A stretch of DNA of 63,030 nt, filler included, from Hyphochytrium catenoides (GCA_900088475.1; 8 parts of 8 records of this genome joined end to end with filler, not necessarily neighbours in it); one strand, 5' to 3'; shown: positions 49,284 through 62,200, counted from the whole stretch's first letter. Translations and numbers: made by a program. Notes: a model not told the origin generated them from the sequence alone.

Positions 49284-51246
49284 ATGGCCTCGAGCGTCAC
49301 TGTGTCGATTTCCGCAGAGTATCCGGCAGAGAGAATTCCCCTGGATGGACCCTACATGCTTTGTATCCCCAGGTCATGCACCCTGGAGGATCTCAAAGGG
49401 CCTATTAGATCAACATTAGGCCTCTCTCCCGCAGCTGCCTTGAAGGTGAAGCCCATCAGCTCGCAAGCACCTTCTGGGTGGAGTGAAGGTGAGGTCCATA
49501 CCTCCAATTGTCTCTGCTCTATAAGTTCATCGCGCTAACGATCCAGTGCTGCAGGAGACCGCTTCCTTGTCACCTTGCAACCTGAATTGAAGAAGAGTTT
49601 GGGGCGAGTGGAAGTGGAGGGCTTACGGGCGAAAATAGCACGCCTGCAAGCTCAGCTGACAGCACTAGAGGTACGTGGGTCCGGCTGCAACTCATAATAC
49701 CAGAGGGAGGCTCATTATGCTTTCGCAGGGTCAAATGCAGATGGCGAAGACGGAGCTTGTTAAAAGCCCTCCTAAGGCACAACCTCCTGTCTCCACATCA
49801 AACCTATCCCCCATTCAGCGGAAGGTTGTCACACCCTCCAGCGTAGGACAAGCACATAAAGTTCTTGTTCAGCCTTCGAAATGCGTGGGCCAACAGATGC
49901 TGAACGTAGACGTTTATGACATCGAGACCAAGCAAAAATTATCGCTACTCGATGCGCTCAATGGTCTACCTGCTGTTATTGGTAAGCTTGTATCGTTCTG
50001 GTTGCGCCCTGCCCAGAACTTTTTTAGACTCTCTTTGCCTAACACGATATGTCTTTCATCAGACTTCTGGTCCACCACCTGTCCAAACTGTCCTGCTGCC
50101 GTCAACAGGGCAGACTTGATGGCGGCTATGCCACAATACAAAGGGCGCGCGTCATTTTTGGCGGTGAATACAAATGACCTCACACTTGCCAGAGTCCAGA
50201 TCAAGTCAGAACAATGGGGCAACTTAAAGCACTTTCACGTCACTCTTGAAGACAAGGAGCGCTTAAAGGCCTTTCTCGGCATGAAGCAGTTGCCTTACCA
50301 CGTGATGTTGGACAAGGTGAACTTCCAGCTCCTTTGAAGTTCTCGTTAAAATGGCTCTATATGAACACCCCCTGACCTCATTACCTCTTGCTTATAGAAT
50401 GGAAAGGTACTTTTGAACGGGAAACAGTTTGCATGGGACAAATTTGAGCAAATCATGGCGGCGGAAGAGGCATCACTTGGCTCGGGATCGTCGCCAACAC
50501 ACTCCATTGCCAAGCAACAGAAGCCAGAACCGCCCACCTACGCTGGAAGACAGCTCCGCTTCTCAGAAAGCGACTGCCATGGAGAGCCAGTACCTGATGT
50601 TCGTGTTGTCTCCATCCTGTCCGGTAGAGTTGAGGGTCTTAAGACACTCCTCAAAGGAATGCACTCTGTCATTGGTAAGTAGGCCGCACCTGCGTGACCT
50701 CCGTCGCCCAGGACCAATACTGACCGTGCCTCGACAGAGCTTTGGTCCACTACCTCGCAAGATTCTCTAGCTTCGGTTGCGCAGGCTGAAGAGTTTGCGG
50801 CAAGATGTCGCTACGGCTCTGATGTGCAGTGTATTTATCTCAACGTAGACGATCGTGTTGCTGCCCGAGCTGTGGCGCAGCAAAGAGGCTGGAACGCCTC
50901 TAGAGTCTTCTTTACTCCTCATGATGACTGCGAGAAGCTCAAGGAGTTCCTAGGTGCACGGCAGGTCCCTTTCCGGCTCTTGCTAGACCAGGTACCATGG
51001 TGGAACTCACAGCCTCTATGAATTATTGCACATATGCCAAGTGTGGCACTAACTGTTGTCATGTTTCTGTTCTAGGACGCCGAGGTGCTCCTTAGCGGCC
51101 AAACCTGCTCATGGCCAGCAATGGAAGACATTTTTGAAAAGAAGTTTCCAGCGCTCAAATCAACGGGCAGCTTAGATACTCAGTCCTCCGTTCCTATGGC
51201 GCCCTCTACCCCGGCACATGTGTTCAGTCTGGATGAAGATTTCTAG
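49284..51246 (+). CDS. Tandem thioredoxin-fold (TlpA/redoxin-like) protein, 7 exons; domain 1 CPNC, domain 2 SQDS; ends FSLDEDF
   Basis: Spliced AVI|DFWSTTCPNCPAA...FLAVN...LPYHVMLDK|NG and SVI|ELWSTTSQDSLAS...CIYLN...VPFRLLLDQ|DA. Phases are consistent and the stop TAG is at 51244-51246. Confidence 0.85.
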
Positions 51247-52071
51247 GAAAGTCACGTCCTGACATATCTTTCACGTACATTAGACTATCAGCGCCTCTAG
51301 TACCGAGGGCGTGGAGATGGTGGGGTCAGAGCTTGCTCTGTGTGTTCAGCTAGCATCTATCAGGCGCGATGTTCCTCTCTACTAGTCTGTCAGGTCATAG
51401 AGAATACAGGGAATGATGTCCTTTATCTGAGAGCTCCGGGAGCCTCCTCTCTCAACATTGTTTCCTTCTATGTCATGTCTTTCCTACACTAACCGTCTCA
51501 ACCACGTTGCTCCCTTGGCGGCGCGATACCAGACTGAAGTCATTATAGCGCAAGCTGTTTTTCCCAGAGTTCTCCTTCGTGCACATTTGCTTTCTTTCTA
51601 AGAGAGAAGGAAAACGTTCTGCCATCGACATTTCAGGTCTGCGGCGGAGACGTTTAGGGTCAGAGCTGCAGGGTTTGGGATGATGGTGGGAGAGGCTGAT
51701 GGAGAAGGGGAAAGATGTGTCGCTTGAGGATCAGTGGACAGGCTAAAAAAGAGAGAAAGAGAGACTTTTAGGCACCTGTTGATGGACAGGCCAACAACAA
51801 GGAGAGAGAGAGAGGTGTCAGGCAGCACGAGACAGAATAGCGTATTCTCTATGAGTATCAACAAAGAGAGAGAGAGATCGCGATGACACTGGCGGCAGGC
51901 AGCAAGACTAAAAAGGTTCGCGCCAAAGCCTATGAAAACTAAAGGGAAACAGAAGAGAGAGAGAGAGAGACACACACTGAAGGCTCAAGATACTGGAAGG
52001 AAGGTAGCAGGGAAAGAGAGAGAACGATCAGAAAGGAGTGAAAGAGAGAGAGAGAGAAAGAGACGAAGTAC

Positions 52072-52481
52072 TGTATTATATCGGGAGAATAGTTCTTGCA
52101 AGAGACACTTACTGTAGAGATAGAGGTGACCTAAGGGCAGGAGGAGCAGATGAAGGAAAGTTCTGCTCGAACGATGCTGACGGATTACTACTACTCTATA
52201 ACACCGTATTAGCCTTGTATATATTGGTATTATTATGATTGAAGCCTATTACTATATCTTAACGGCTCTATAAGCCCTTTCACAAGCTCATTACTACTGA
52301 GAAGGGAGATGGCCCTTTTGAGGTTCTGAGCCAATAGAATCACACCTGGGATCTTAGGCTAGGCCTACTGACAGGAGGTGTGTCAAGCTCTGACGCATGG
52401 AGTTATGCCCTTGGGCATATTTTTTGGGAGGTGGGGAAAGCACTGGGGGGCTTCTGATCCAGCATTTGATAGGTTGTGACA
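52072..52481 (-). mobile_element. Candidate solo LTR or short insertion within a GA tract
   Basis: About 410-bp complex island between (GA)n tracts. The minus strand begins TGTCACAACC and could end ..TACA. No clear target-site duplication. Confidence 0.3.
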
Positions 52482-52633
52482 GAGAGGGAGGAGGAGAGAG
52501 GGAGAGGGAGAAACAGAGAGAGAGAGAGAGAGAGAGTCAGAGAGAGAGAGAGAGAGTGAGACAGAGAGAGAGAAAGAGAAAGAGAGAGACACAGAGAGAG
52601 AGAGAGAAAGAGAGAGAGACAGAGAGAAAGACG

Positions 52634-52673
<40 letters not shown>

Positions 52674-52780
52674 GACTGAGAGAGAGAGACAGAGAGAGAG
52701 AGAGACATAGAGAGAGAGAGACAGAGAGAGAGAGAGACAGAGAGAGAGAGAAAAAAGGAGAAAGAGGGAGAGAGAGAGAA
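52482..52780. repeat. Long compound (GA)n/(GAGACA) microsatellite, representative of many tracts (e.g. 4762-4826, 22870-23090, 29180-29440, 38180-38380)
   Basis: Directly visible dinucleotide arrays. Confidence 0.95.
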
Positions 52781-53200
52781 ACGAAGGAACACACAGGCAA
52801 TGAAGGGAAACAAACTCCTGAAAGGCAGGGACTAGTGAGGAGCGCTGACGACAGCAGGAGACAGAAACCAAGGGCTGCGAAATCGCTGATGGCTGCGCCT
52901 TTCTTCCTTCCTTGACTGCCACCACCAAGCAGAAGCAGCATTGAGGGGAGGAGAGTGGCCCAGCGGACGGGAGAGAGAGAGAGACGTAGAGAGAGGGAGA
53001 GAGAGGGGGAGAGAGAAGAGAGAGACCATTTGAGAGAGTGGCCGTCCGCCGGTATAACTTGACAACTCAGAGACTGCTCAGAGTGAAAGAGAAGCTTGCT
53101 GCTCCCAGCCGCTGGCCACAAGCTGGAAAAGCATCATACAGACCGAGCTTGTGAAACGAAGACGGAGAGGGAGAAGGAGAGGGAGACGAGAAGAGCGAGA

Positions 53201-53233
<33 letters not shown>

Positions 53234-53300
53234 GAAGAGAGAAATAGGCCGTAACGGGAAGAGAGAAAGAGCGGGAAAGAAGAAAGAGAGAGAGAGAGAG

Positions 53301-53772
53301 ATGACGTTTTCTGCACTGCCGGTAGAGGAACTATGGACCATCAGCACGAGCTCTGTCTTCCTGGACTTCGTCCTGAAGCTGATGGGCCTTCTCTACATCG
53401 TCCAGACCGTTCTCTCTCTCTCCTCGCTGGCTCTCAGGCTCTCCAATGCCAAGCATGACTCCAGAAGACAAGGACCTGAGGCTGTCCCGCCCTCGGCCAA
53501 CCAGATCTTCAAGGATAAGTATATCATGAACGACGATGTAAGGAAACCCTACGACCTCTTTCCTCCTCTGTCAATACGTCTCTCTCTTCCCCTTTCTCGC
53601 TCTCTTCTGTCTCTCTCCCTCTCTCTCTCTTTTTCTCTTCCGCTGGCTCCCTCTCTCTAGTTTTCCTTTCCTTTCCTCTGTGTCGTCTACCTTACCTCAC
53701 TTGAACCTCTGAGTCCTCTTCCTGATACTTCTCGTATCTTCTGCTCCTTTGCTCTCCGCCCAGCTCTTCTTG

Positions 53773-53804
<32 letters not shown>

Positions 53805-55051
53805 CATCTTTCTCAAAGGGTCTTCGCTCCTCTAAAAGTGGTTCTCTCTCTCTCTAAACGTCATTCAATATCTTCCGGACCCTCTGGAGCACTGGCTCTA
53901 GTGTTCTAGTCACTTTCTCGGTCTCTCTTCCCTCTTATTTCCTTTCTCTCTCTGCTGTTTCGCTTTCTCCTGCTCTCTGGATGTTTCTCGATTCGCTGTC
54001 TCTCTCTCATTCTCTCTCTCTCTCTCAAACTGCAGGGCCTCTGGCTCTTCACTCAGTCCTGGCTGCCCGAGGGAGATTGGAAGGGCTATCTCTTTATCTC
54101 TCATGGCTATGGAGAGCACTCTGGTCGCTATGAGCACGTTGCCATCGCGCTGAAGGAGCGCGGCTGGGCCGTCTTTGCCATGGATCACCAGGTAACAGAG
54201 TCTCTCCCTCTCTCAGCTCCTTCTCTCCCCTTCTTGTCCTGTGTCTCTCTTGGTTTCTCTCATTGTCTCTCTCTCTCTCCACACGCGTAAATAACCTCGT
54301 AGAAAAAAGCTGAACTTTAGTCGCTTAGTGTCTCTCTTCTTTTCAGAGAATCTCCGAACCCCTGACGCCCTAGGTGTGCTTGGCAGAGAGGAAACGAGAG
54401 TGAAAGAGAGAGAGAAAGAGTCACACAGAGAAAGAGAGAGAGAAAAAAAGAAGACCATATGGATTGTCGAAGGAAATGTGGCGGATGGCGTAACTCCCTG
54501 CGGATTGTGCAGCCGATCCGGTTCTCTAACCTTTCTCATTTGTCGTCTTCTCTCCTCTTCTTCTGCCTTTCCTTTCTCTTTCTCTTCTTATTTTCCATCG
54601 TCTCCCTCTTTTGTTCTCTCTCTCTCTCTCTCTCTCTCTNNNNNNNNNNNNNNNNNNNNNNNNNNNNNNNNNNNNNNNNNNNNNNNNTATGTTCGCGACT
54701 ATTTGATGTTTGTAAGAGAGACGATCCAGCGCAGAGCCTCTCTCCATCCAGACCAGCAGAAGCCAGCCTTTATATTAGCGCATTCCATGGGAGCCGCCAT
54801 CGCCATCAAGGTCATGCAGGTGAGCAGCAGGACCCAGGAAGAAGGAGTGAAGAGAGAGAAACGCACGATGTTAAAGGATAGGAAGTACTGAGGGGGAAGA
54901 GACAGACAGAGAGAGAGAGAGAGAGAAGGAAGGGGAGGAGAGAGAGGCAGATACAACCTAACTTCAGGGCCGAGAAGAAGGGTTGAGAGAGAGAATGGCT
55001 GAGAAGAAGGGTTAAGAGAAAAAGGCACGACACTAAGCCTAAGATTGGCTG

Positions 55052-55106
<55 letters not shown>

Positions 55107-55536
55107 AAGTAGAAGCTGACTTTAGGGGCCAGGAAGGACGGCCACACGAGAGAAAGAGACCTTCATAGAAAGCTGTCCTTGAGAGAAAGATGACGCCAAG
55201 AAAAACGAGCCAAGTTTAGAAAGAGACAGAGACGAAAGGAGAGAGACTTGTTACCTTCCTATTGTCCTCCTCTCCCTTTCTCTCTTCTCAACTCCTGCGT
55301 TCTTCCTGCATCGGACGGTCCTAGGAAGCTGAGAAGAAGAAGGTTGTCTCCGATGTAAATCTTCGCGGGATGGTTCTTAACGCTCCGCCGCCCGCCAACC
55401 ACGACTGGAAGTGCCCTTCCCCAGCCCTGATCCACACCATCAGGATCCTGGCCTTCCTCCTCCCGAAGCTGACTCTCTTCGCTCTTGGAATCAACAAGTC
55501 TACAAAGAACTTCGTGGTAAGGAAGAGGAAGAAAGC

Positions 55537-55574
<38 letters not shown>

Positions 55575-55965
55575 AACAGAAGCAGACAGAGAGACAGTTA
55601 CATAGAGAAAGAGAAGAGAAAGGAAGTGAGAGAGACAGAGGAAGACAGAGACAGAGAGAGAAGGAGAGGGGAAGACAACAGAAGAAAGAGAGAGGGAGAG
55701 AAAGAGAGACGGGGAGGAAAAGAGAGAGAGAGTGTGTGTGCCCCTACGATTCGATCTTTAGTATGGTCCTTCCTCTTCTCTTTCCCATGCTCTCCCCCAT
55801 CACTCTGAACGATCACCAGCCGGAAGCAGCTTCATTTCTTGTGCCCCTGCGTCTCAAACTAGGAGATACATCTCACTCTCTTTTCGCCGATGTTCCTCTT
55901 TCTCTTTCTCTCTTGGGTCCGCGGCCCTTTCAGATCCGGACACAATATAGTCGCGACCCGCTGAC
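53301..55965 (+). CDS. Monoacylglycerol lipase/lysophospholipase-like alpha/beta hydrolase (Hydrolase_4), N-terminal membrane anchor, 3' end lost in gap
   Basis: GLWLFTQSWLP..FISHGYGEHSGRYEHVA..GWAVFAMDHQ; FILAHSMGAAIA nucleophile elbow; GMVLNAP; YSRDPL. Exons 53301-53537, 54036-54191, ..-54819, 55325-55516, 55934-. Confidence 0.9.
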
Positions 55966-56065
55966 NNNNNNNNNNNNNNNNNNNNNNNNNNNNNNNNNNN
56001 NNNNNNNNNTTAATTAATTAANNNNNNNNNNNNNNNNNNNNNNNNNNNNNNNNNNNNNNNNNNNN

Positions 56066-56432
56066 AGCCACTCAAAAGCATCTCTGCGACATGAGCTCGT
56101 CGACGTCCTGCTATATCTTTGTGCTGCCCAGAGACAAGTCTCAACGGCGGCAGTACTTTGAAGTTATGGCTGACCTTGCGCGGACCTACCAGCATGACAA
56201 CATCCTCTTCTCTTACATTGACGTGCATAAGCAAAATCAGGCACTGAAAGCTCTTCCTCAACGCGTGACAGCCCCAGGGCTGCTCATAATCAAAGCAAAG
56301 AAAGGCAGAGTTCGTGTAGCTGTCCACGATGCAAACTTCAACGGTCAAGCACTGAAGCAGACAATTGACCGAGCCCTTGGCGGAGATCTGCCCATGCAGC
56401 ATATGCGTGGAAGCACCATCTCCTTTAGATAA
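56066..56432 (+). CDS. C-terminal fragment of a non-catalytic thioredoxin-like (PDI b'-type) domain protein; 5' part in gap
   Basis: LCDMSSSTSCYIFVLP...LARTYQHDNILFSYIDVHKQ...PGLLIIKAKKGR...IDRALGGDL resembles the C-terminal domain of PDIA6/DNAJC16-type proteins. Confidence 0.55.
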
Positions 56433-58322
56433 AATGTTCAAACCAGCTTCTAGCAGCCTGGCGGTTAGTACTATTTATAGCCCAGTACAATAGATTGTCC
56501 AAGATTGAATATCACATATCTTTCCTTCGTAAGATTGACGGCGGTGCGCTCTGGCCTGTACGGCTGGACCGCCCGTGAAAAACGATGAGAGGAGATGACG
56601 AACACATTGTCAAATCCTTCCCGGACTCCTCTGGTGGGGCCACTCACCAACCAAGATTGTATGAACTTCTGATGGTCTCACATCAACCTTCTCGTCAAAG
56701 TGCTATGACTTCTGTGGGACCTCGGGAGCTCCAGAGCAGGTAGATTGTCCATTAGGGAAGCTCCTTTCCTTGGTTTGCTCTCAGTCCCGAGAAACTGAAG
56801 CTATGTGTCAACGTAAATGTGTTAGCTACATAAACTCTTTGATTCTTCCATAGTAAGCTTCTTTGTGTTCGGCAATTGGCCGGGCTTGCTCGTTTGCCCA
56901 CAACCCGTTCTGGAGTCCACACATGAGAGCACTGTCCTGTTTCAGCGATGGAATTTCACTGGCAGCACCCAGCACCTCTTGGGGTCTCAGGACACAGATG
57001 ACACATCAACAGGAAGCTCATGCTCTTTACTAGGACAGAGAATAGAAAGTGGAGCCCACGATGACGCATCGGAAGAGCAAGAAGAGTGCTAGACCTCTTT
57101 ACTTACACGAAGGCCAGGACTGCATTAAAGGCCTCCGCCGCCACTGCCTCAAGCCATCGTCGGCTTGCTACCGGCTGCACAAACCTTTCTAGAGTCTCGA
57201 CTCACGACCCAACAGAAAGGCCACTTACCACGCTTGCGAGGCGGACTAGGCGATTTCACTACTAAGTTTCTGTGCTAGGGGCATGATTGACCGTATTGCC
57301 TTCTCTGGCACATTACCTCTCTTTCCTTTCGAGTTGCCCCAGTGAGCACTGTGTCTCAACTTCACGCCTTTGACGCGTCGTCCTTCCTTCTTCTTCATAG
57401 ATTACCTTCCCATCCGCCGCAGACATTCGGCAGCATCGGCGGCATTGGCAGTATGGCGCTCGAGCTCTGGACTTTGGTATGCATCAGATCTTCAGACGAT
57501 CTTTCGATGAGCTCGCGAGCTTATGGAGATTCTGGGTGATGTTTAGAGATTGTTGAGCCTTTTGTACCCCGGTAAATACCGCCGAAAATAACGGAACAGC
57601 GAAAGCTTCGTTAACGGAAAGCTTGCCGCGTGTGTTTACCGATACGTTTGTTCGGGGTTCTTTAAGAAATTAACCTCCATAGAATACAATTCTTTCGTCA
57701 GGTCGAAAGAGCTTGGCAGTGCTATGTCTTACCCATGAGCTAAGGCGGCCTTATTCTCAGGAGTCTATGATGTGAGATATGATGTACCAAGGGCTCCTTA
57801 AAGCCCTGCCCGGCGACCAGCTGTGTCCTTTCGACCCTGGAGGTTGGAGATTGCGTTCCTGCTGTCTGCTGCTGTCATGAAGGATAACGACCGCCCCAGA
57901 GCTCCGCTCCGCCCTCCAGCTCTGGAGGCTCCAGGCTTATAGAGGCTAGAGCCGAGAGGAGGCTTGGAGGTTATCAGCGCGGCGTCGGGGCGTCAGAAGT
58001 CAGTCGTTAGCACCACCACCGCTGGCCGACGGACTCTCTTTATAGCTGTGGCCTGACGCTGATAGCAAAGGTTGCATGTTGCAGTCGAAGAGCTGTCCGA
58101 GAGATCAGGAGCCCTAGCAGATAAAGTCGGGAAGATGACATTATCGAGAGGGAGAGAGATGCTCTTGGCGTAGCTCTAGTACTAGAGGCAGCAGCGTCGT
58201 CAAACCCCAGCTTTGGTGTCGCTCTATGTGCGGAAGAAGTCAAGCTCAGTACTCCGGAGTACTTTCTTAGGTCAAGAGCGGCGCCTAACGACAAGGAGGA
58301 GGGAAGGAACGGCTTGTGAACC

Positions 58323-59959
58323 ATGATGTCTCCTTCTGCCGCTCTCTTGGCTGCCTGGCTTTGTGCCTCGGCTTTAATTCTTAAAGTCCAGTCTGGGCCG
58401 CTGACTGAGGCAGAGCTGGACAGCGTGCTCCTTCGTTTTAGGAAGGTCTCCCCCGCTGCCTTCGCCCCAGGTCAGCGGTCTCTCATTTCGACTAAGACAC
58501 AACCCATCTCAGCGGCACGCGACGGTATAGCAGGCCTAAGCTGGGGCCAGGGGACTCACGTCCTTGAAGTGAGGTTTGGACCCGACGGAACCCAGCCAAA
58601 GGTGAGGTGCTACTCTATCTGGCCCCCTTCTTCTTCTTATCCGCTATCGGCGTGGTTGCACTACGTTGAAAAGAATTTTAACTATCTTTTGCACCGCGTC
58701 ATTTCCCAGTCTGGTTTTCTTTCGCTCTCTTGTCAAGCTGTCTCTCTCTCCCGGGGCCTTCCTCTCCCCACTCCATTGAAACTTGACGATGCCTTCCTTA
58801 CTCCTGCTCGTATTCCGGTGTCCCGTTCAGTATCTCATCGCAGATACTGGGAGCGATTTGATGGCTGTGGACTGCAAAGATCTGTGCGCCGACTCCCGCT
58901 GTGGCGTTCGTCACGCCGATCCGCCTCTCGACCTTGCCCAGACCCGTGGCGTTTTGGTCTCTTGCGAAGAGAATGAAAAGCGAGGGTTCAGGCCCTGCGT
59001 CGAGTGTCACTCCATTGATCTTCCGCTGTATGGAGCTGGGAGTGGCAATAAATCTGAAGGTTAGGGCTTTTTCTGGCTTCTCTTGCCCCTCCTACTCATT
59101 CTTGACAATGGTTTGGTCTAGTAGCTTTTGGCAGTGACACATCTCATGCGGTGTCCTTCTTGTCTCATCTTCAGATCTTTGCCTCTTCGGTGCGAAGTAC
59201 GTCGAGGGGAGTTATTGGCACGCCCTTAAGGTCCGAGACAGCATCAGCCTGGGCGGAGTTTCCTCCGAGGCGTTCTTCGGCTGCATCTATGAAGAAGCGG
59301 GAGAGTTCCAGAAGCAGCCAGCAGACGGAATAATCGGCCTCTCTCGTGCCGCTGACACTCTTCCTGCTCAACTCTTCCAGGAGAAAAAGATCCCTGAGAA
59401 TGCCTTTGGAATCTGTCTCAATGGGGAAGGAGGAGGGGCCCTAACGCTGGGCCGCTATCATACTGAGTGGAACAAAGGGAATGTGCAGAAGTTGAAGGTG
59501 ATGGACGCCGGGAATAGCTACTGGACAGTGATTACCAGGGAGGTGCTAATCGGCGGACAGAGGATGTATGACGACTACTCTGTTCTTAACCAGGACAAGG
59601 GGACCATCCTTGACTCTGGAACTACATACGTCATCCTGCCCTCAGCCGGACAAGCGGCGTTTGACAGGGCCGTTAAGGCGACCAACCGTTCAGTCCCTCT
59701 ACCATCTTCCATTGGATTCTCGCCTTTCTCTTGCTCAGATGACGACGTTGCCGCTCTTCCTTCCTTCTCCTTTGTCCTAGAAGGGACGGACGGTGTCAGC
59801 GTCTCTCTTCCTTTCCCTCCGCAAAAGTATGTGATGAAATCGAAGGAGGACTCTAGCTGCTATTACACAGTCTTCTTCTCTGACGCTGTCAAGGGTACAA
59901 TTTTAGGGCAGAATTTCATGCAGGGGACGAACTTCTATTTTGACAGAGAGAGAAACGAG
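58323..59959 (+). CDS. Secretory A1-family aspartic protease (plasmepsin V/nepenthesin-like); exons 58323-58601, 58831-59059, 59175-; 3' end in gap
   Basis: Signal peptide; LIADTGSD and ILDSGTTY catalytic motifs; YVEGSYW flap; FFGC...GEFQKQPADGIIGL; ILGQNFM...FYFDRE. Confidence 0.92.
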
Positions 59960-61882
59960 NNNNNNNNNNNNNNNNNNNNNNNNNNNNNNNNNNNNNNNNN
60001 NNNTTAATTAATTAANNNNNNNNNNNNNNNNNNNNNNNNNNNNNNNNNNNNNNNNNNNNGAAAACGGGAGCTTCCTCTTTCTTTGTCTCCGCTTCAGCAG
60101 TCACTCTTTGAGCGCAGAAAGGAAAACGAGAGATCGGGGAACAGAGAGAGAGAGAGAGAGACGCATAAAGAGAAACACAGTAGATAGACAATGAGAACAG
60201 GACTCAGTGAATTAGATAGAGGAGCTTGGACAATGAAAGAGAGACACACAGAGAGAGGAGGAGAAATGGCGTATCGGTGGAGAAAAAGACCTTGAATCCT
60301 TCGGCACCGAGTAAGCAGAAAAGACACTAAGGAGAGAGAGAGTACGTCAATTGCCAGAGAGTCTCCGATGGAGCGGAGTCTTCTCTGAACAATCAAGGTA
60401 GCAGGCGAGCAATCTGTCCCTGACAGCGGACTTTTACGACGACATCGTTTTCGAAAGTTGTGTCATGGAACAACAAGAGCTTTTTTTGCCTGGACCAGAC
60501 CCAGCAGCGATGGCCATTGCTATGGTGGCCGCGGATCTTCGGCTGACTTCTGATTTCGTACATGCAGCCTCAGAATGGCTTACTCTAATCAGGGTCAAAT
60601 ATCGGGACTAGTTTTGGTATGCTATCGGGACGAGTTTTGATATGCAGCGCTCCAGATGCCGGGACAGGGACTCGGAATGAGGTCACCGAGGTTACCGAGG
60701 CCGTTGAATACTTTTGCCGAAAGTCTGAAGACATCATCCCAAAGACCTTTTATTATCTACGCACTCAACTCCTTTTCCATTCTTCCTCTCCTTCAGAGAG
60801 AGAGACGAGGAGCGAGATCTGGATGCTCAGCTTGCAATACTGAGATGGAGAAAGATCCAGCACACAGTCAGATCAGGCAGACGATCGAGCTCAGTCAGAC
60901 GCTAGAGCAGCAGGATTTAGAGTTTCCCAAAGCGCAGAATGAAGCGAGAGAGAGAGAGAAATGGATGGCGAAGATTGTTGAATCAGGAGGAACTTGGTAA
61001 GCCTCTGAAGAAGGTAGACTTTTTTCTCGGTCCCTCTCTCCTCTCTCTCTGACTCTCTCTCTTCCTTTCTTTCTTGCTGTCACTGTCTCTCTCTCTCCCT
61101 CCACCTTTACCTCTCTCTCTTTTCTGTTTCCTCTCTTCCGCTAGACACTTTCTTTTATTCTTTTCTCTCTCTCCTTCGGAATCCTTGCAACGTCCCTTCT
61201 TCCCTCTCTCTTTCTTCCTCTCGCCTAAAAGCCCTAACTTGTATTCCCTTCCTGCCTATCCCTATACCCGATCCCTCTTCCTCTCTTGCTCTCCTCTCTT
61301 TTGCTCTCTCTTCTCCTCCTTCCTCCCTGCTTCTTCTCTTCTCCTCCCCCTTCTCACGTCCTTGTTCCTTCTCTCCCTCTCTTTCTCTCACTCTCTCCTA
61401 TCAGTCCTATCAGTCCTCTCGTTTCTCTTGTTCTTTATCTCGTCGTCTTCTTTCCTGCTCTCCACCCTCATCGCTTCCCCCTTTCTTTGTATCTGTAGCT
61501 GGACCCTTCTTTCCTCGAACATTTAGAAGTCAGACCACCGCCGACCATGAGACCGCGAAAAAGCATTAAAAATGCACCAAAAGCGTAGAAGACTCTCGCG
61601 TTCGAGAGAGGACAGAGGTGAGAGAAGAAGAAAGGCTTAGAGCCAGCTCTGATTTTCGTAGTACAATTTTATGGACGCAGACGGGAAAGTGAGGTGCCAT
61701 CTCTTGGAAGCCCGACCAAGATAGTTGCCGNNNNNNNNNNNNNNNNNNNNNNNNNNNNNNNNNNNNNNNNNNNNTTAATTAATTAANNNNNNNNNNNNNN
61801 NNNNNNNNNNNNNNNNNNNNNNNNNNNNNNTGGGATTAGCCAATCAGTATGCAAAGCCTTCTGTCGACTCTGGTGAATCCCT

Positions 61883-62200
61883 TGTTATAATGTATGGGAT
61901 TTGAAGACACTCTTATTTATGTTATCTGGTCTACTGATATAGACAGAAAGAGTATGAAGAGCTTATGGGACCTTGTTTTTCTAGCTATCAGGTTGTCTAG
62001 TTTGTTCTAATCAATTACTGTGTCTTGTAAAATCTACATGACCCAGTTACTGTCTCCTCACTTCCCATCATGACTTACCTTGTGAACAAAGCCTAGTTAC
62101 TAGAACCCTGAAACACTTTGTTTTGTGTCTTTTCTCTCTTATGAGATAGAGTCTGGAACTGAGAGCTTTTTCAGAGCTTTGTCAGCTTCAGCTCTCAACA
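61883..62200 (-). mobile_element. 3' LTR of the copia element (about 318 bp)
   Basis: Starts TGTT directly after the PPT and plausibly ends AACA at 61883, giving inverted termini; AT-rich. The distal boundary is inferred. Confidence 0.65.

Noticed and set aside
60466-61000. Coding-like + strand fragments
   Set aside because: Interrupted by stops and frame changes, with no identifiable family.
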